In this document: positions 10,572-20,515 of the stretch, piece by piece
Layout of the letters: the number at the start of each line of letters is the position of its first letter
Position numbering within the stretch: position 1 is the first letter of the stretch
Source of the DNA: Trueperaceae bacterium
Lineage (GTDB): Bacteria; Deinococcota; Deinococci; Deinococcales; Trueperaceae
Direction: 5' to 3'
NCBI GenBank assembly: GCA_965214405.1
Contig: OZ243956.1
Coordinates: 2,656,001-2,720,000, forward strand
DNA: 64,000 bases
Program-made: the position numbers and the translations under genes
Notes under the pieces: generated by a model
What the model saw: only the letters and a program-made list of their open reading frames with translations
The model's database searches: none
What the model was told of the DNA's origin: nothing

Positions 10572-10594
10572 CTGTTGGTAAAGAAGAGGATCAT

Positions 10595-10777
10595 ATGAGC
10601 AGGGAAACTGACGACACCCTGCGCGATAACTATGATTTTTCAGAGGGCGTGAGAGGAAAATACCGTCACTTTATCGGTCAGGCGCACACGCTTAAAATTC
10701 GTCACCATGATGGTTCGGTGACGGTTGAAACGGTTGCGCCTGCTACCGCGTCAGACCCGGCTGAAACTGATTCATGA
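10595..10777 (+). CDS. Second antitoxin-like ORF, probably truncated
   Basis: NYDFSEGVRGKY shared with the preceding ORF; lacks the VxLDxDV/VNEALR C-terminal part; GAGGA RBS. Confidence 0.55.
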   Translation: MSRETDDTLRDNYDFSEGVRGKYRHFIGQAHTLKIRHHDGSVTVETVAPATASDPAETDS

Positions 10778-10808
10778 AACGCCCCACTTTTGGATACTTG
10801 GTTGCGAC

Positions 10809-11210
10809 ATGAACGGTGCAGCAGGGGCTTTAATAAAAAATAGCTTGGGCGAAATTCTTATCGTCAAACCCAACTACAGAGACGGCTGGTTGCTCCCAGG
10901 TGGCGTCATCGAACCGGGCGAATCACCCAAGGAAGTGTGCAGGCGCGAGTGTAAAGAAGAGCTTGGCTTAGATGTGCAGGTGGGTAGACTTCTTTGCCTT
11001 GAGTACCGCCGAGCTACGATGGTTGATAACGAAACGACGAGATTTGTTTTTGACTGTGGAACCGTTTTGGAGAAGTTTAGCCTTCAAGAAGAGGAACTCG
11101 AGGCTTACAAGTTCACTCCGTTAGAAAACGCGTTGGGTTTGGTAGACGCGCCAACCGTTCGGAGACTGCGGCTAATTCAAGAGGGTAAGCATGTGTATTT
11201 TGAATCCTGA
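10809..11210 (+). CDS. NUDIX hydrolase
   Basis: Nudix box PGGVIEPGESPKEVCRRECKEELGL; start uncertain (frame open from 10725). Confidence 0.88.
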   Translation: MNGAAGALIKNSLGEILIVKPNYRDGWLLPGGVIEPGESPKEVCRRECKEELGLDVQVGRLLCLEYRRATMVDNETTRFVFDCGTVLEKFSLQEEELEAYKFTPLENALGLVDAPTVRRLRLIQEGKHVYFES

Positions 11211-11289
11211 TGCGAAAGCGCCGCTGTTCTCGAGCTTAGTCCGTTACACCTTACCGTCAGATTCTCACATGAGGTTTAAGGTTTAGCCT

Positions 11290-12030
11290 ATGTCAATCAC
11301 CTCCGAAGATGAGCTGCAAGGGATGCAAAGAGCGGCGGAAGTCGTGAAAGACGCTTTGGCTGCGATGCAAAAGGCCATCGAACCCGGCACCACAACAAAT
11401 GAACTGAACAAAATCTGCGGCCAAGTGTTTGCAAGATACGGTGCGGTGTCAGCCCCCCTCATAACTTACGGAGCCCCTGTCAACGCTTTCGTCTCGGTAA
11501 ATGATGTTGTTGTTCACGGCTTGCCAAACGAGCGCAAGTTACAGGCAAATGACGTGGTGAAAATAGATGTCACTCCCATCATGAACGGTTTTATCGCCGA
11601 CGCGGCAAGAACCATTGTCGTACCTCCTGCTTCAAAAGCCGCAAAAAGGCTTGTTGAATGTGCGGAGTCCGCTTTTTGGGCGGCGATGAACGTGACACAA
11701 GCAGGTAAGCCTCTAAATGGGATTGGAAGAGTTGTTGAGCGCGAGGTGAAGAAGCGTGGCTTTAGCGTGATTCACGGTCTGGCAGGACACGGTGTAGGAC
11801 GTAGCATCCACGAAGAACCCGAGGTCTTGAACTTTTATCATCCCAAATTTCGACAGCCTCTCACCGATAACCTTGTGCTCGCTATAGAACCTATGGTTGC
11901 AGCAGGACGCAGGTACGTAATGCAAGATAAAGACGGCTGGTCAATCGCTACCCAAGACGGGAGCGTTACTGCTCACTATGAAAACACTGTGATAGTCCAA
12001 AAGGGTAAGCCTCTTGTACTCACGGCGTAG
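11290..12030 (+). CDS. map: Type I methionine aminopeptidase
   Basis: SVNDVVVHGLP, IDVT...DAART, GHGVGRSIHEEP, AIEPM, AHYENT. Confidence 0.93.
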   Translation: MSITSEDELQGMQRAAEVVKDALAAMQKAIEPGTTTNELNKICGQVFARYGAVSAPLITYGAPVNAFVSVNDVVVHGLPNERKLQANDVVKIDVTPIMNGFIADAARTIVVPPASKAAKRLVECAESAFWAAMNVTQAGKPLNGIGRVVEREVKKRGFSVIHGLAGHGVGRSIHEEPEVLNFYHPKFRQPLTDNLVLAIEPMVAAGRRYVMQDKDGWSIATQDGSVTAHYENTVIVQKGKPLVLTA

Positions 12031-12260
12031 CTAGGCGATGTAAAGAATTTGGGCTTTTATGATTTTCTCCGTCTTTGCCGACAATGAACTGATTGGTACG
12101 ACTCAGCTCGAGGGTGGCGACCCTCCTATGGGTGTTGCTTTCGGCATGATGATTCCGTGTGACGCCTACACGAAGTACCGAAGCTTTTTTACTAGCCAAG
12201 ACGAAAATGCTATTGGACAGCTAAACCTCTACGTCATGTCTGAGAGTGGCGAGAAACTAG

Positions 12261-13178
12261 GGTCTGTCTGACAGAAGGGATGAAGATGGTTTAGGGTAGG
12301 CGTATGGCACGAACAGACCTAAAAGAGCAGCAGTGGCAAGCACTAAAACCGCATCTACCCCCCAATCCCCAACGGGGTCACAACTACCGCAACCACCGAC
12401 AGGTCATCAACGGCATTTCGTGGCGCTTGAAAACAGGCGCTCCCTGGCGCGACGTTCCTGAACGCTACGGACCTTGGCAGACCTGCTGGGACCGCTTCAC
12501 GAGGTGGGAGCGCAACGGTGTCTGGAAGCGCATCCTGCACAGGCTTCAAGCTCACGCCGATGCGGCGGGTGAGATTGATTGGGACGGCGCAGCGTTAGAC
12601 AGCTCTCATATTAAAGCGCACCGCAGCGCCAGCGGGGCGAGGAAGCGGCCTGCTGAGGGTGAAAAAAGGGGACCTTAGCAGACGAGTGGCTGGGACACTC
12701 ACGCGGAGGCCACACCAGCAAGGTGCATACCTGCGCGGACGGCAAAGTGCGACCCCTGTCCGTGGTCATCACGGCGGGACAGCGCAACGACGCCGCTTGG
12801 CTAGAGCCGGTCTTGGACGAGATTTATGTGCCCCGCCTTGGCAGAGGGCGACCGCGTAAGCGCCCCCCTCAGCTTAGACTCGACCGCGCTTATGGTTTCA
12901 ACAAGCAGCGGAAGATACTAAGGCGCAGGGGCATCATCTGTATCAGCCCCGAGCGCGAAGATGCCAAGAAGTCTCGCTTGTCTAAGGGCACAAAAGGTGG
13001 ACGACCTCCTGCTTTCGATAAGCAAGCCTACAAAGGACGTAACGTGGTCGAACGCTGCATCAACCGACTTAAAGACTTTCGCGCCGTTGCCACCCGCTAC
13101 GACAAACGCGGCAGAAACTACCGTGCTGGTGTGCTCCTCGCCTCCATCATCCTCTGGCTTTGATTAGTCAGACAGACC
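12261..13178 (+). mobile_element. IS5-family (IS427-like) insertion sequence, 918 bp
   Basis: Terminal IR GGTCTGTCTGAC/GTCAGACAGACC; CTAG duplicated at 12257-12260 and 13179-13182. Confidence 0.93.
12304..13163 (+). CDS. IS5-family transposase, two ORFs joined by a -1 frameshift at AAAAAAGGGG (12662-12671)
   Basis: [30 protein letters not shown]; -1 frame from 12663: [43 protein letters not shown]. Confidence 0.9.
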
Positions 13179-13381
13179 CTAGAGCCCTGTAGCGGCATCG
13201 GCATTTTAGACCATTCAGAAGAAGCTGGTGAAGTCATGATTGTGGTGAATGTTTTAGGTTTAGATTCAGACTTGTACCAGAAGTATTTTGCTCACCACAT
13301 TTGAGGCATAAGCTTTCTCGAGTACCCACGCCCTCACCCCCCTCTAAACCCAACCACCCCTCCAAGCGGTATCATGTCCCT

Positions 13382-15901
13382 ATGACCCTCAAGGGCGAAG
13401 GCAAAGGCCCCCTCCCACCGCTGCTGGTCCAGTACGTCGAACTGCGCGAGGCGTACCCCGACTACCTGCTGCTGTTCCAGGTGGGCGACTTTTACGAGTG
13501 TTTTGGTGAGGACGCAGAAAAGCTTGCCCGGACGATGGGAATTGTGCTAACCCACAAGACGAGCAACCACTTCACCACGCCGATGGCGGGAATCCCGATA
13601 CGGAGCGCGGACGGCTACATCGAGCGGCTGTTGGACTTGGGCGTGCGCGTGGCGGTGGCGGACCAGGTCGAGAACCCGGCGGTGGCCGACGGGCTAGTCA
13701 AGCGCGACGTGACCCAGCTCATGACGCCGGGCACCGTGACGGATGAACGCCTCTTACGCCCCGACGCGAACTATCTGGCGGCGGTGGCGACGGGCGAGGG
13801 CTACGGGGTGGCCTTTTTGGACGTGACCACGGGCGAGTTCCGGGGCACGCACCTGTGGGCGAAGCGTTCGCTCTACGACGAGCTGGGGCGCTACCGCCCG
13901 GCGGAGGTCTTGCTGGCCCCCGAGCTGTGCGAGCAAGACGAGTTCCGGGAGGGGTTCTGCAAGCGTTTCCCGGTGATGCTGACGCAGGGGCGCTTTGAGG
14001 CACAGACGGTGAAGAGGACGCTGCTCGAGCAGTTTGGCACCATACCGGGCGGGCTCGAGAAAGATGCTCTACAACGCGCGGCGGGCGCGGTGCTGTCGTA
14101 CGCGCTCGAGACCCAGCGCGGTCACCTGCCCCAAGTCACGCGCTTTTTGCCCTACGACCCCGGCGCGTATATGCAGTTAGACGATGTGTCTTTAGCAACC
14201 TTGGAAGTCTTCGAGTCCGCGATGGGCGACGACACACGCACCCTTTTTTGTGTGTTGGACGAAACACGCACCGCGCCGGGGCGGCGGCTCCTGCGGGCCT
14301 GGCTGCGTCACCCGCTTTTAGACAAAACGCTCATCGAGGGCCGCTTGGACGCCGTCGAGGCGTTCGTCCGCGACGTGACGCTGCGGCGCGAGGTGCGTAA
14401 AAGCCTCTATAGGATGCACGATTTGGAACGTCTCGCCACCCGTCTTGCTTCAGGAGGGGCGAGTGCGAGGGACTTAGCGGCCTTGGCGCGTTCTCTGTCG
14501 CTCGTGCCGGGGCTTAGGGGGGCGCTCGAGGGGCGCTCCGAACACGCCTTGGGCGGACTCGGCGAGCGTATGGGCGACCTCTCCGAGGTGCAGGCGCGCG
14601 TGGCGGCGGCCCTGGTGGAGGACCCGCCTCTTAAAGTAACCGATGGCGGCCTTATCCGTGACGGCTTCGACGGCGACTTGGACGCCCTAAGAGCCGAGGG
14701 GGAGGCGGGCCGCGCTTGGCTCGCCGCGTTGGAGGCCGAAGAGCGCGAGCAGACGGGCATCCCAACCTTAAAAATCGGCTTTAACAACGTGTTCGGTTAT
14801 TACTTGGAAGTCACTCGACCTTATTACGACGCCGTTCCTGAGACTTACCGCGCGGTGCAGACCTTGAAAGACCGCCAACGCTACACCCGGAGCGACCTGC
14901 GCGAGCGCGAGCGGGCCATCCTGCGCGCTGAAGAGGCTGCTAAGGGACGCGAGTACGAGGTTTTTTGCGCCTTGCGCGCCGAACTCGCCCCCTGCGCCGA
15001 GGCGGTGCGCGAACTCGGCGCGGCCCTGGCCGAACTCGACGTGTACGCCGGTCTCGCGGAGGTGGCGACGCAGGGGGGCTACTGCCGCCCGGTATTAACG
15101 GATGACCATGCGCTCGAGATAGAAGCAGGACGCCATCCGGTGGTTGAGCGTTTTCACACCTTCATCCCCAATAGCACCTCGCTGGGCGCTTATGAGCGTT
15201 TCACCCTCCTCACCGGTCCTAACATGAGCGGCAAATCTACGTACTTGCGGCAAAACGCGCTCATCGCGCTTCTTGCCCAGGTCGGCTCCTTCGTGCCCGC
15301 CGAACAGGCGACGCTGCCCCTTTTCGAGCGCATCTACACCCGCATCGGCGCATCGGACGATATCGCGGGCGGGCGCAGCACTTTTATGGTCGAGATGGAC
15401 GAGCTCGCACGCATCTTGCAGAACGCGGGACCCAAAAGTTTGGTGCTTTTGGACGAAATAGGCCGCGGCACGAGCACGTACGACGGCCTCGCGCTCGCTT
15501 GGGCCGCGTCGGAGTACCTGCACGACTGCGTAAAGGCTTACACGCTCTTCGCCACGCATTATTTTGAGCTCACGGGCCTGGCGAGCCGACTCGCGGCGGC
15601 GCGTAACTATCATGTGGCCGCCAAGGAGGAGGCGGGCGGGCTGGTGTTTTATCACCAGGTCCTGCCGGGTCCAGCGAGCAAGGCGTATGGGTTGGAAGTC
15701 GCCAAACTCGCAGGGGTGCCCGCGGAAGTCTTGACTAGAGCTCGTGCGGTCATGGCCGGGCTCGAGTCCACCCAAAACGACCTCGCCAAAGAGGTTCTGG
15801 ACGCGCTTTTGTCCCAAGACGTGAGTCGTTTGTCGCCCCTCGAGGCGCTCACCCTGCTCCACCGCCTCCAGGAGCGGGCCAGGGGGATGGTTGCTTCTTG
15901 A
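13382..15901 (+). CDS. mutS: DNA mismatch repair protein MutS
   Basis: FQVGDFYECFGEDA, Walker A GPNMSGKS, STFMVEM, DEIGRGTS; Thermus-like N-terminus LKGEGKGPLPPLL. Confidence 0.97.
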   Translation: MTLKGEGKGPLPPLLVQYVELREAYPDYLLLFQVGDFYECFGEDAEKLARTMGIVLTHKTSNHFTTPMAGIPIRSADGYIERLLDLGVRVAVADQVENPAVADGLVKRDVTQLMTPGTVTDERLLRPDANYLAAVATGEGYGVAFLDVTTGEFRGTHLWAKRSLYDELGRYRPAEVLLAPELCEQDEFREGFCKRFPVMLTQGRFEAQTVKRTLLEQFGTIPGGLEKDALQRAAGAVLSYALETQRGHLPQVTRFLPYDPGAYMQLDDVSLATLEVFESAMGDDTRTLFCVLDETRTAPGRRLLRAWLRHPLLDKTLIEGRLDAVEAFVRDVTLRREVRKSLYRMHDLERLATRLASGGASARDLAALARSLSLVPGLRGALEGRSEHALGGLGERMGDLSEVQARVAAALVEDPPLKVTDGGLIRDGFDGDLDALRAEGEAGRAWLAALEAEEREQTGIPTLKIGFNNVFGYYLEVTRPYYDAVPETYRAVQTLKDRQRYTRSDLRERERAILRAEEAAKGREYEVFCALRAELAPCAEAVRELGAALAELDVYAGLAEVATQGGYCRPVLTDDHALEIEAGRHPVVERFHTFIPNSTSLGAYERFTLLTGPNMSGKSTYLRQNALIALLAQVGSFVPAEQATLPLFERIYTRIGASDDIAGGRSTFMVEMDELARILQNAGPKSLVLLDEIGRGTSTYDGLALAWAASEYLHDCVKAYTLFATHYFELTGLASRLAAARNYHVAAKEEAGGLVFYHQVLPGPASKAYGLEVAKLAGVPAEVLTRARAVMAGLESTQNDLAKEVLDALLSQDVSRLSPLEALTLLHRLQERARGMVAS

Positions 15902-15947
15902 GTTATGGCTAAAGGGCATCTGAAAAAGGCTCGAGTTCCTACCAGAG

Positions 15948-16048
15948 CCCCCCTTGTCAAGGGGGGTTGGGGGGATTTATTTCTGACCGGCTTTACGGCA
16001 GGGTGGCAGAAGCAAATCCCCCCTCAGTCCCCCCTTATTAAGGGGGGA
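15948..16048. repeat. Inverted pair of CCCCCCTT-N3-AAGGGGGG palindromic units
   Basis: CCCCCCTTGTCAAGGGGGGTTGGGGGGATTT ... AAATCCCCCCTCAGTCCCCCCTTATTAAGGGGGG between mutS and mutL. Confidence 0.85.
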
Positions 16049-16093
16049 GGTAATAGATGTTCAACAGAACATGACCCATTTAGAGGTTAGCTC

Positions 16094-17725
16094 ATGATTC
16101 GCAAACTCCCCCCCGAAACGGTGCGCGAAATCGCGGCGGGCGAGGTCGTGAGCGCGCCCGTGGACGTGCTCAAGGAACTCGTCGAGAATGCGTTGGATGC
16201 AGGTGCAACACGATTGGAAGTCGAGCTTAGCGAGGGCGGCATCAAAGGTGTGACGGTTGCGGACAACGGCGCGGGCATTCCCAAAGACGAGCTGCCTCTG
16301 GCTGCGGAGGCGCACAGCACGTCGAAGCTCGAGTCCCTACGCACCATCCAGACCTTTGGCTTTCGCGGCGAAGGGCTTTACGCAATCCGGCACGCCGCCA
16401 AGCTGCGGCTTACCAGTCGCCCCGCGGGGCAGCTTGGCGGCGCGAGCCTCACGGTGCAGGGGGACGTGCAGGTGCTCGAGGAGCACCCCGCGCCCCAGGG
16501 CACCAAAGCCGAAGTCACCGAGCTTTTCGCGGGGCTGCCCGCGCGCTTGCAGGCTTTGGAAACGCCCGCCACGGAGGGCAAACGGGCGCTCTCGCTTCTT
16601 TCGCACTACCTTTTGCATCACCCCGACGTGCGCTTCAAAGTCACAGCCGACAGCGGCGAGCGGTGGGACTACGCGGGCGGGAGCTTTCACGAGGCGGCAA
16701 AATTCGTGTGGGGCTCGGTGACGGCAAACCGTTTGTTGGCGTTGGGAGCGCAAGAGGACGCTTTCAGGCTTCGCGGCCTTCTTTCCCGCCCCGAACTCAC
16801 CCGCCCGCGGCGTGACCGCCTCCTACTGGCGGTTAATGGCCGCCCGGTGGACTGGCCCGAGGCGCTACTCAAGGCTGTTAGTTTGGGCTACCGCGAACTC
16901 TTGCGCGCGGGGCATCACCCGGTGGGGGTGTTTAACCTACATATCCCCTTCGACACCGTGTTGGTCAACACCGCGCCCGACAAACGGCGCGTGAGGCTCT
17001 TGGAAGAGGCGCGCGTCGCGGCCTTTGTGCAGCGCGCGGTTGAGGAGGCGCTGTCGTCGCACCCGCTCGCGCCCGCGCTGCCCGAGTTGCATTCTTTTGA
17101 CGCAGGCGAGGGAATCGCGCCCGCGCCGCGCTCGAGTCTTCCCGTCTTGCGTTACTTGGGCCGCTTCCGCGAGCTTTACTTGCTCGCCGAGGCCGAGGGC
17201 CAGCTCTGGGTGGTGGACCAGCACGCCGCGCACGAACGCATCTTGTACGAAGAACTCTCGCGCCGCTACCGCGAAGAAACGCCCGCCGAACTCGCCTACC
17301 CCGAACTCCTGCCGCTCTCGCTAGAAGAGGCGCTGCTTTACGAGGAGCGGCGTGAGGCGCTCTCTGGGTTCGGGCTGAGGCTCGAGCCCTTCGGCCCCGG
17401 CATCTGGCGCTTGCGGACCGTGCCCGCCTTTTTGCTCGCGCACCCCGCGCTTCTGGCCGACGTGGTCAAGGGCGCGTTGGGGCGTCGGGGTGCGGAGGAA
17501 GCCTGGCGCGCGGTGCTGGGCCGCTTGGCCTGTTTGCCCGCGCTGAAGGCGGGGCACGCGCTTTCTAGCGCGAACGCCCAAACGCTTCTGGACGCCCTCG
17601 CCCGCTGCGACACCCCCTGGAGCTGCCCGCACGGTCGTCCCACCGCACTGGTGCTGAGTGAGCTCGAGCTCGCCAGGCGTTTCGGTCGCCGCGGGCCGAG
17701 GGCTGTTCCGACGGAGCGCGTTTAG
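16094..17725 (+). CDS. mutL: DNA mismatch repair endonuclease MutL
   Basis: IAAGEVV, ELVENALDAGA, TFGFRGEGL, endonuclease motif DQHAAHERILYEE, CPHGRP. Confidence 0.97.
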   Translation: MIRKLPPETVREIAAGEVVSAPVDVLKELVENALDAGATRLEVELSEGGIKGVTVADNGAGIPKDELPLAAEAHSTSKLESLRTIQTFGFRGEGLYAIRHAAKLRLTSRPAGQLGGASLTVQGDVQVLEEHPAPQGTKAEVTELFAGLPARLQALETPATEGKRALSLLSHYLLHHPDVRFKVTADSGERWDYAGGSFHEAAKFVWGSVTANRLLALGAQEDAFRLRGLLSRPELTRPRRDRLLLAVNGRPVDWPEALLKAVSLGYRELLRAGHHPVGVFNLHIPFDTVLVNTAPDKRRVRLLEEARVAAFVQRAVEEALSSHPLAPALPELHSFDAGEGIAPAPRSSLPVLRYLGRFRELYLLAEAEGQLWVVDQHAAHERILYEELSRRYREETPAELAYPELLPLSLEEALLYEERREALSGFGLRLEPFGPGIWRLRTVPAFLLAHPALLADVVKGALGRRGAEEAWRAVLGRLACLPALKAGHALSSANAQTLLDALARCDTPWSCPHGRPTALVLSELELARRFGRRGPRAVPTERV

Positions 17726-17839
17726 TCCCTTGACGCTCGAGCCTGCTTCTAACGCTGTCAAGGCTTGTGCCTGCCGGGCAGCACCCCACCGTCTCTTGGC
17801 GTACAGATACCCCCTGTATCTTGAGCAGGCGCGTCAACC

Positions 17840-18511
17840 GTGACGGATGCGTCCCCCTTAGGAGCCGTGAAAGGTCGCGTTATCTACGTGCTCGCGGCCA
17901 TGCTGCTGCTGCAACTCACCTATCCCTTTTCGCTCCTGGGCAGGGAGCAAAACGCCGTTTATTTCGCCACCTACTGCGCGCTTTTGGGTAGCGGCGTCTA
18001 CGCGGCGAGCGTAAACCGCGTGCGCTTTTTGACGACCAGCGGCGTGGCGCTTCTCACCCTCGCGGTCGGGATTCCCTGGGTGCTCACGGGGGGCGACATT
18101 TTCTGGCTCACGCTCGCCAACTACGGCGCGCTCTTCGTCTTTCAGGGGCTCATCGTGCTCGCGCTGCTCGAGTTCATCTTCTATACAGACGGCGTCACCC
18201 GTGACGTGATTTACGCGGCGGTCACGGTTTACATCCTCTTCGGCAACGCCTTTACCGCACTTTTTATGATGATTCAGACGCTCGACCCGCAGGCGTTCGC
18301 GGTCTCGGGGGCTTTGGACGCGCCTATCGCGTGGCAACGGATGGTCTACTTTTCCTATACGACGCTCACCACGCTGGGTTACGGCGACATCACCCCGCGC
18401 TCGGCCTGGGTTCAGTCTTTGGCGGTCGTCGAAGCGATGCTGGGGCTTCTTTACATCGCCATCATTATCGGGCGGCTCGTGGGGGGATACCGGGCGGCGG
18501 GGTCCGAGTAG
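17840..18511 (+). CDS. Potassium channel family protein
   Basis: Selectivity filter YFSYTTLTTLGYGDITP; several TM helices. Confidence 0.88.
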   Translation: MTDASPLGAVKGRVIYVLAAMLLLQLTYPFSLLGREQNAVYFATYCALLGSGVYAASVNRVRFLTTSGVALLTLAVGIPWVLTGGDIFWLTLANYGALFVFQGLIVLALLEFIFYTDGVTRDVIYAAVTVYILFGNAFTALFMMIQTLDPQAFAVSGALDAPIAWQRMVYFSYTTLTTLGYGDITPRSAWVQSLAVVEAMLGLLYIAIIIGRLVGGYRAAGSE

Positions 18512-18741
18512 CAAGTTCAGGTTACGCAGACGCTGCCGTTGGCCCAGATGGGAAATGGTATGCCTGGTACGCCATGCGAAAAATGAAGGCGCAAGCTTCT
18601 CCCCCTGACGCCCCTCTTGCCGGGCTTGCACTTGACGGCAATCTGTAGTACATTGGGGCTCACATTACGTTCACATTTCTGCCGTCGTGCGGACGCCGTT
18701 TTTTCAGAAGTGTTTCGCGCCCTTTTGCCTGGAGGTGTCCG

Positions 18742-20493
18742 ATGACGCTCTCGTGCCGACTCCTTGCCGCCGCCCTCTTTTTCGTCTGTCTTACAGGGTG
18801 CTCTTTGACGCTCACCGACCGGACGGGTCCGCTCTCTTACAACACGCCCATCAACGAACAGCTTTTCAGCGTCAAGATCGACGCTACCGGCTATACGCCC
18901 CGAGAGGTTTTCCTGAGCGTCGACGGCGCGTCTTACAGTCCCATGACGGGGCGCAGCGGCAATCTCTGGAGCCTGCCGCTCCCTATAGCCCCCTGCCGGG
19001 AGGTGGTCGAGTACCGCGTTCACGTCGTCTACACCGACGACGTGTTCGGAACGCGCGCTTCGGAAACGTTTCCTGCTGTCGGCACCTTCCGCGATACCAT
19101 CGAAGGTCAACCCGCGAGTTGCGCGGCCTACGCCCACACGGTTCCCCAGGTTTTCCGCGTCAACACCCCGGACGACCTAACCGACGCGCTACCCGGTGAC
19201 GGCGTGTGCGACGCCCGTCCCCGCCTTGAGAGCGAAACCTGTTCGCTGCGCGCCGCCGTGATGGAGGCCAACGCGCGGCCCGGAGTCGACCTCATCAAGG
19301 TGCCGCGAGGACGTTACCGCCTCACCCTCGAGAAGCCGGGCGGGACGGAGCGCGACGCGGTAGCTGAGGACGCTTTCGGCGACTTAGACGTTACCGACGC
19401 GCTGACTATCGTGGGCGACGTGGGTGATGCGGCGCGTTCCGTCTCGATGGACAGTTTTCTCAATGAGACCTCACAGTATGTTGATGACCCCAGTGAGGAC
19501 AACAGGTTCGTCAAAATAGACGGCAACAGAATCGACCGCGTGTTCCAAATTCACCGCGGCGGCGACGAGGAGCCCATATTTGTCGCGCTCGAGAACCTCC
19601 ACCTGCTTAACGGACGGCAGCATGACCGGCCCGGCGGCGGTATTCTTAACGAGGCGGTGCTCACGCTAAGCCGCGTGGTCGTGGGGGAAAATACCTTGGC
19701 GCAGAGGGGCGGGGCCGGGGGCGTCTATAGCCATAACAGAGGGGTCGGTGTCGCTAACTTTGGTCGCTTGGTTGCCAAAGAAAGCGCCATCATTCATAAC
19801 AGAATCGAAGTTAGAACCGGTATCGCGGGTGGTCTTTACAACGAGACCGGTGCCGAGGCGGTGCTCGAGCGCTCGCTCGTGGCCTTTAACGCAGCCCGCT
19901 TTGGTGGCACCATTTATAACCAGGGGGATGCTGAAGACGGAGTGTTCGGCCGTCTCACCTTAACCAACGTGACCATCACCGGCAACCGAAACACGGGCAC
20001 CGTGCGCGGCGGCCTTATCAACATAGGAGAGGCGAATCTTACTTTCGTCACCGTCGCCCACAACAACGGAACGCCTGTTCCCGTTTCCAACTCCGGCGTT
20101 ATGACTCTCGCGCACAGCCTCCTCATAAACAACGGCTCTTCAGCGTCCAGCCCCAACGGCGACTGCAGCGGCACCATCCATTCCCTCGGCGGTAACGTCG
20201 TTAAAGATGCGTCTAACTGCACGCTCTCCCGTGGGGGCTTACCCAACCAGGTCAACTTCATCGACTTTATCCCTTTGGGGTCTCTCAGCGTGCAGGGCGG
20301 CTTTACGCCCGTTCTCCCTCTTCGCCGCCCCTCAAGCTCGAGCGGTCTCGACGTGATCGACTTTACCCCCGGCTTCCCGCTCACGCCCACCGACCAGCGC
20401 GGCCTCGGCTTTCCGCGCTATATCGACGGCAACGGCGACGGTCGGGCCGACCCCGACCCCGGCGCTTATGAGGCCCCGCCGAAAGATGATTGA
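18742..20493 (+). CDS. CSLREA/choice-of-anchor Q-type secreted lipoprotein with beta-helix region
   Basis: Lipobox LTGC; PGDGVC...CSLRAAVMEANA; GDLDV; GGGILN repeats; TDQRG..PR..DGNGDG..DPGAYE. Confidence 0.8.
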   Translation: MTLSCRLLAAALFFVCLTGCSLTLTDRTGPLSYNTPINEQLFSVKIDATGYTPREVFLSVDGASYSPMTGRSGNLWSLPLPIAPCREVVEYRVHVVYTDDVFGTRASETFPAVGTFRDTIEGQPASCAAYAHTVPQVFRVNTPDDLTDALPGDGVCDARPRLESETCSLRAAVMEANARPGVDLIKVPRGRYRLTLEKPGGTERDAVAEDAFGDLDVTDALTIVGDVGDAARSVSMDSFLNETSQYVDDPSEDNRFVKIDGNRIDRVFQIHRGGDEEPIFVALENLHLLNGRQHDRPGGGILNEAVLTLSRVVVGENTLAQRGGAGGVYSHNRGVGVANFGRLVAKESAIIHNRIEVRTGIAGGLYNETGAEAVLERSLVAFNAARFGGTIYNQGDAEDGVFGRLTLTNVTITGNRNTGTVRGGLINIGEANLTFVTVAHNNGTPVPVSNSGVMTLAHSLLINNGSSASSPNGDCSGTIHSLGGNVVKDASNCTLSRGGLPNQVNFIDFIPLGSLSVQGGFTPVLPLRRPSSSSGLDVIDFTPGFPLTPTDQRGLGFPRYIDGNGDGRADPDPGAYEAPPKDD

Positions 20494-20515
20494 CGTTCCG
20501 GCGTTTAGGTAAAGA

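Larger units (their letters stand above)
12059..13304 (+). pseudogene. Hypothetical protein gene (107 aa reconstructed) split by IS5-family element
   Basis: Removing the IS and one CTAG restores the frame: ...SESGEKL-EPCSGIGILDHSEEAGEVMIVVNVLGLDSDLYQKYFAHHI*. Confidence 0.85.

Noticed and set aside
15905..16090. 61-aa ORF between mutS and mutL (PLVKGGWGD...PLIKGG)
   Set aside because: It is just the translation of the palindromic repeat; no evidence that it is a gene
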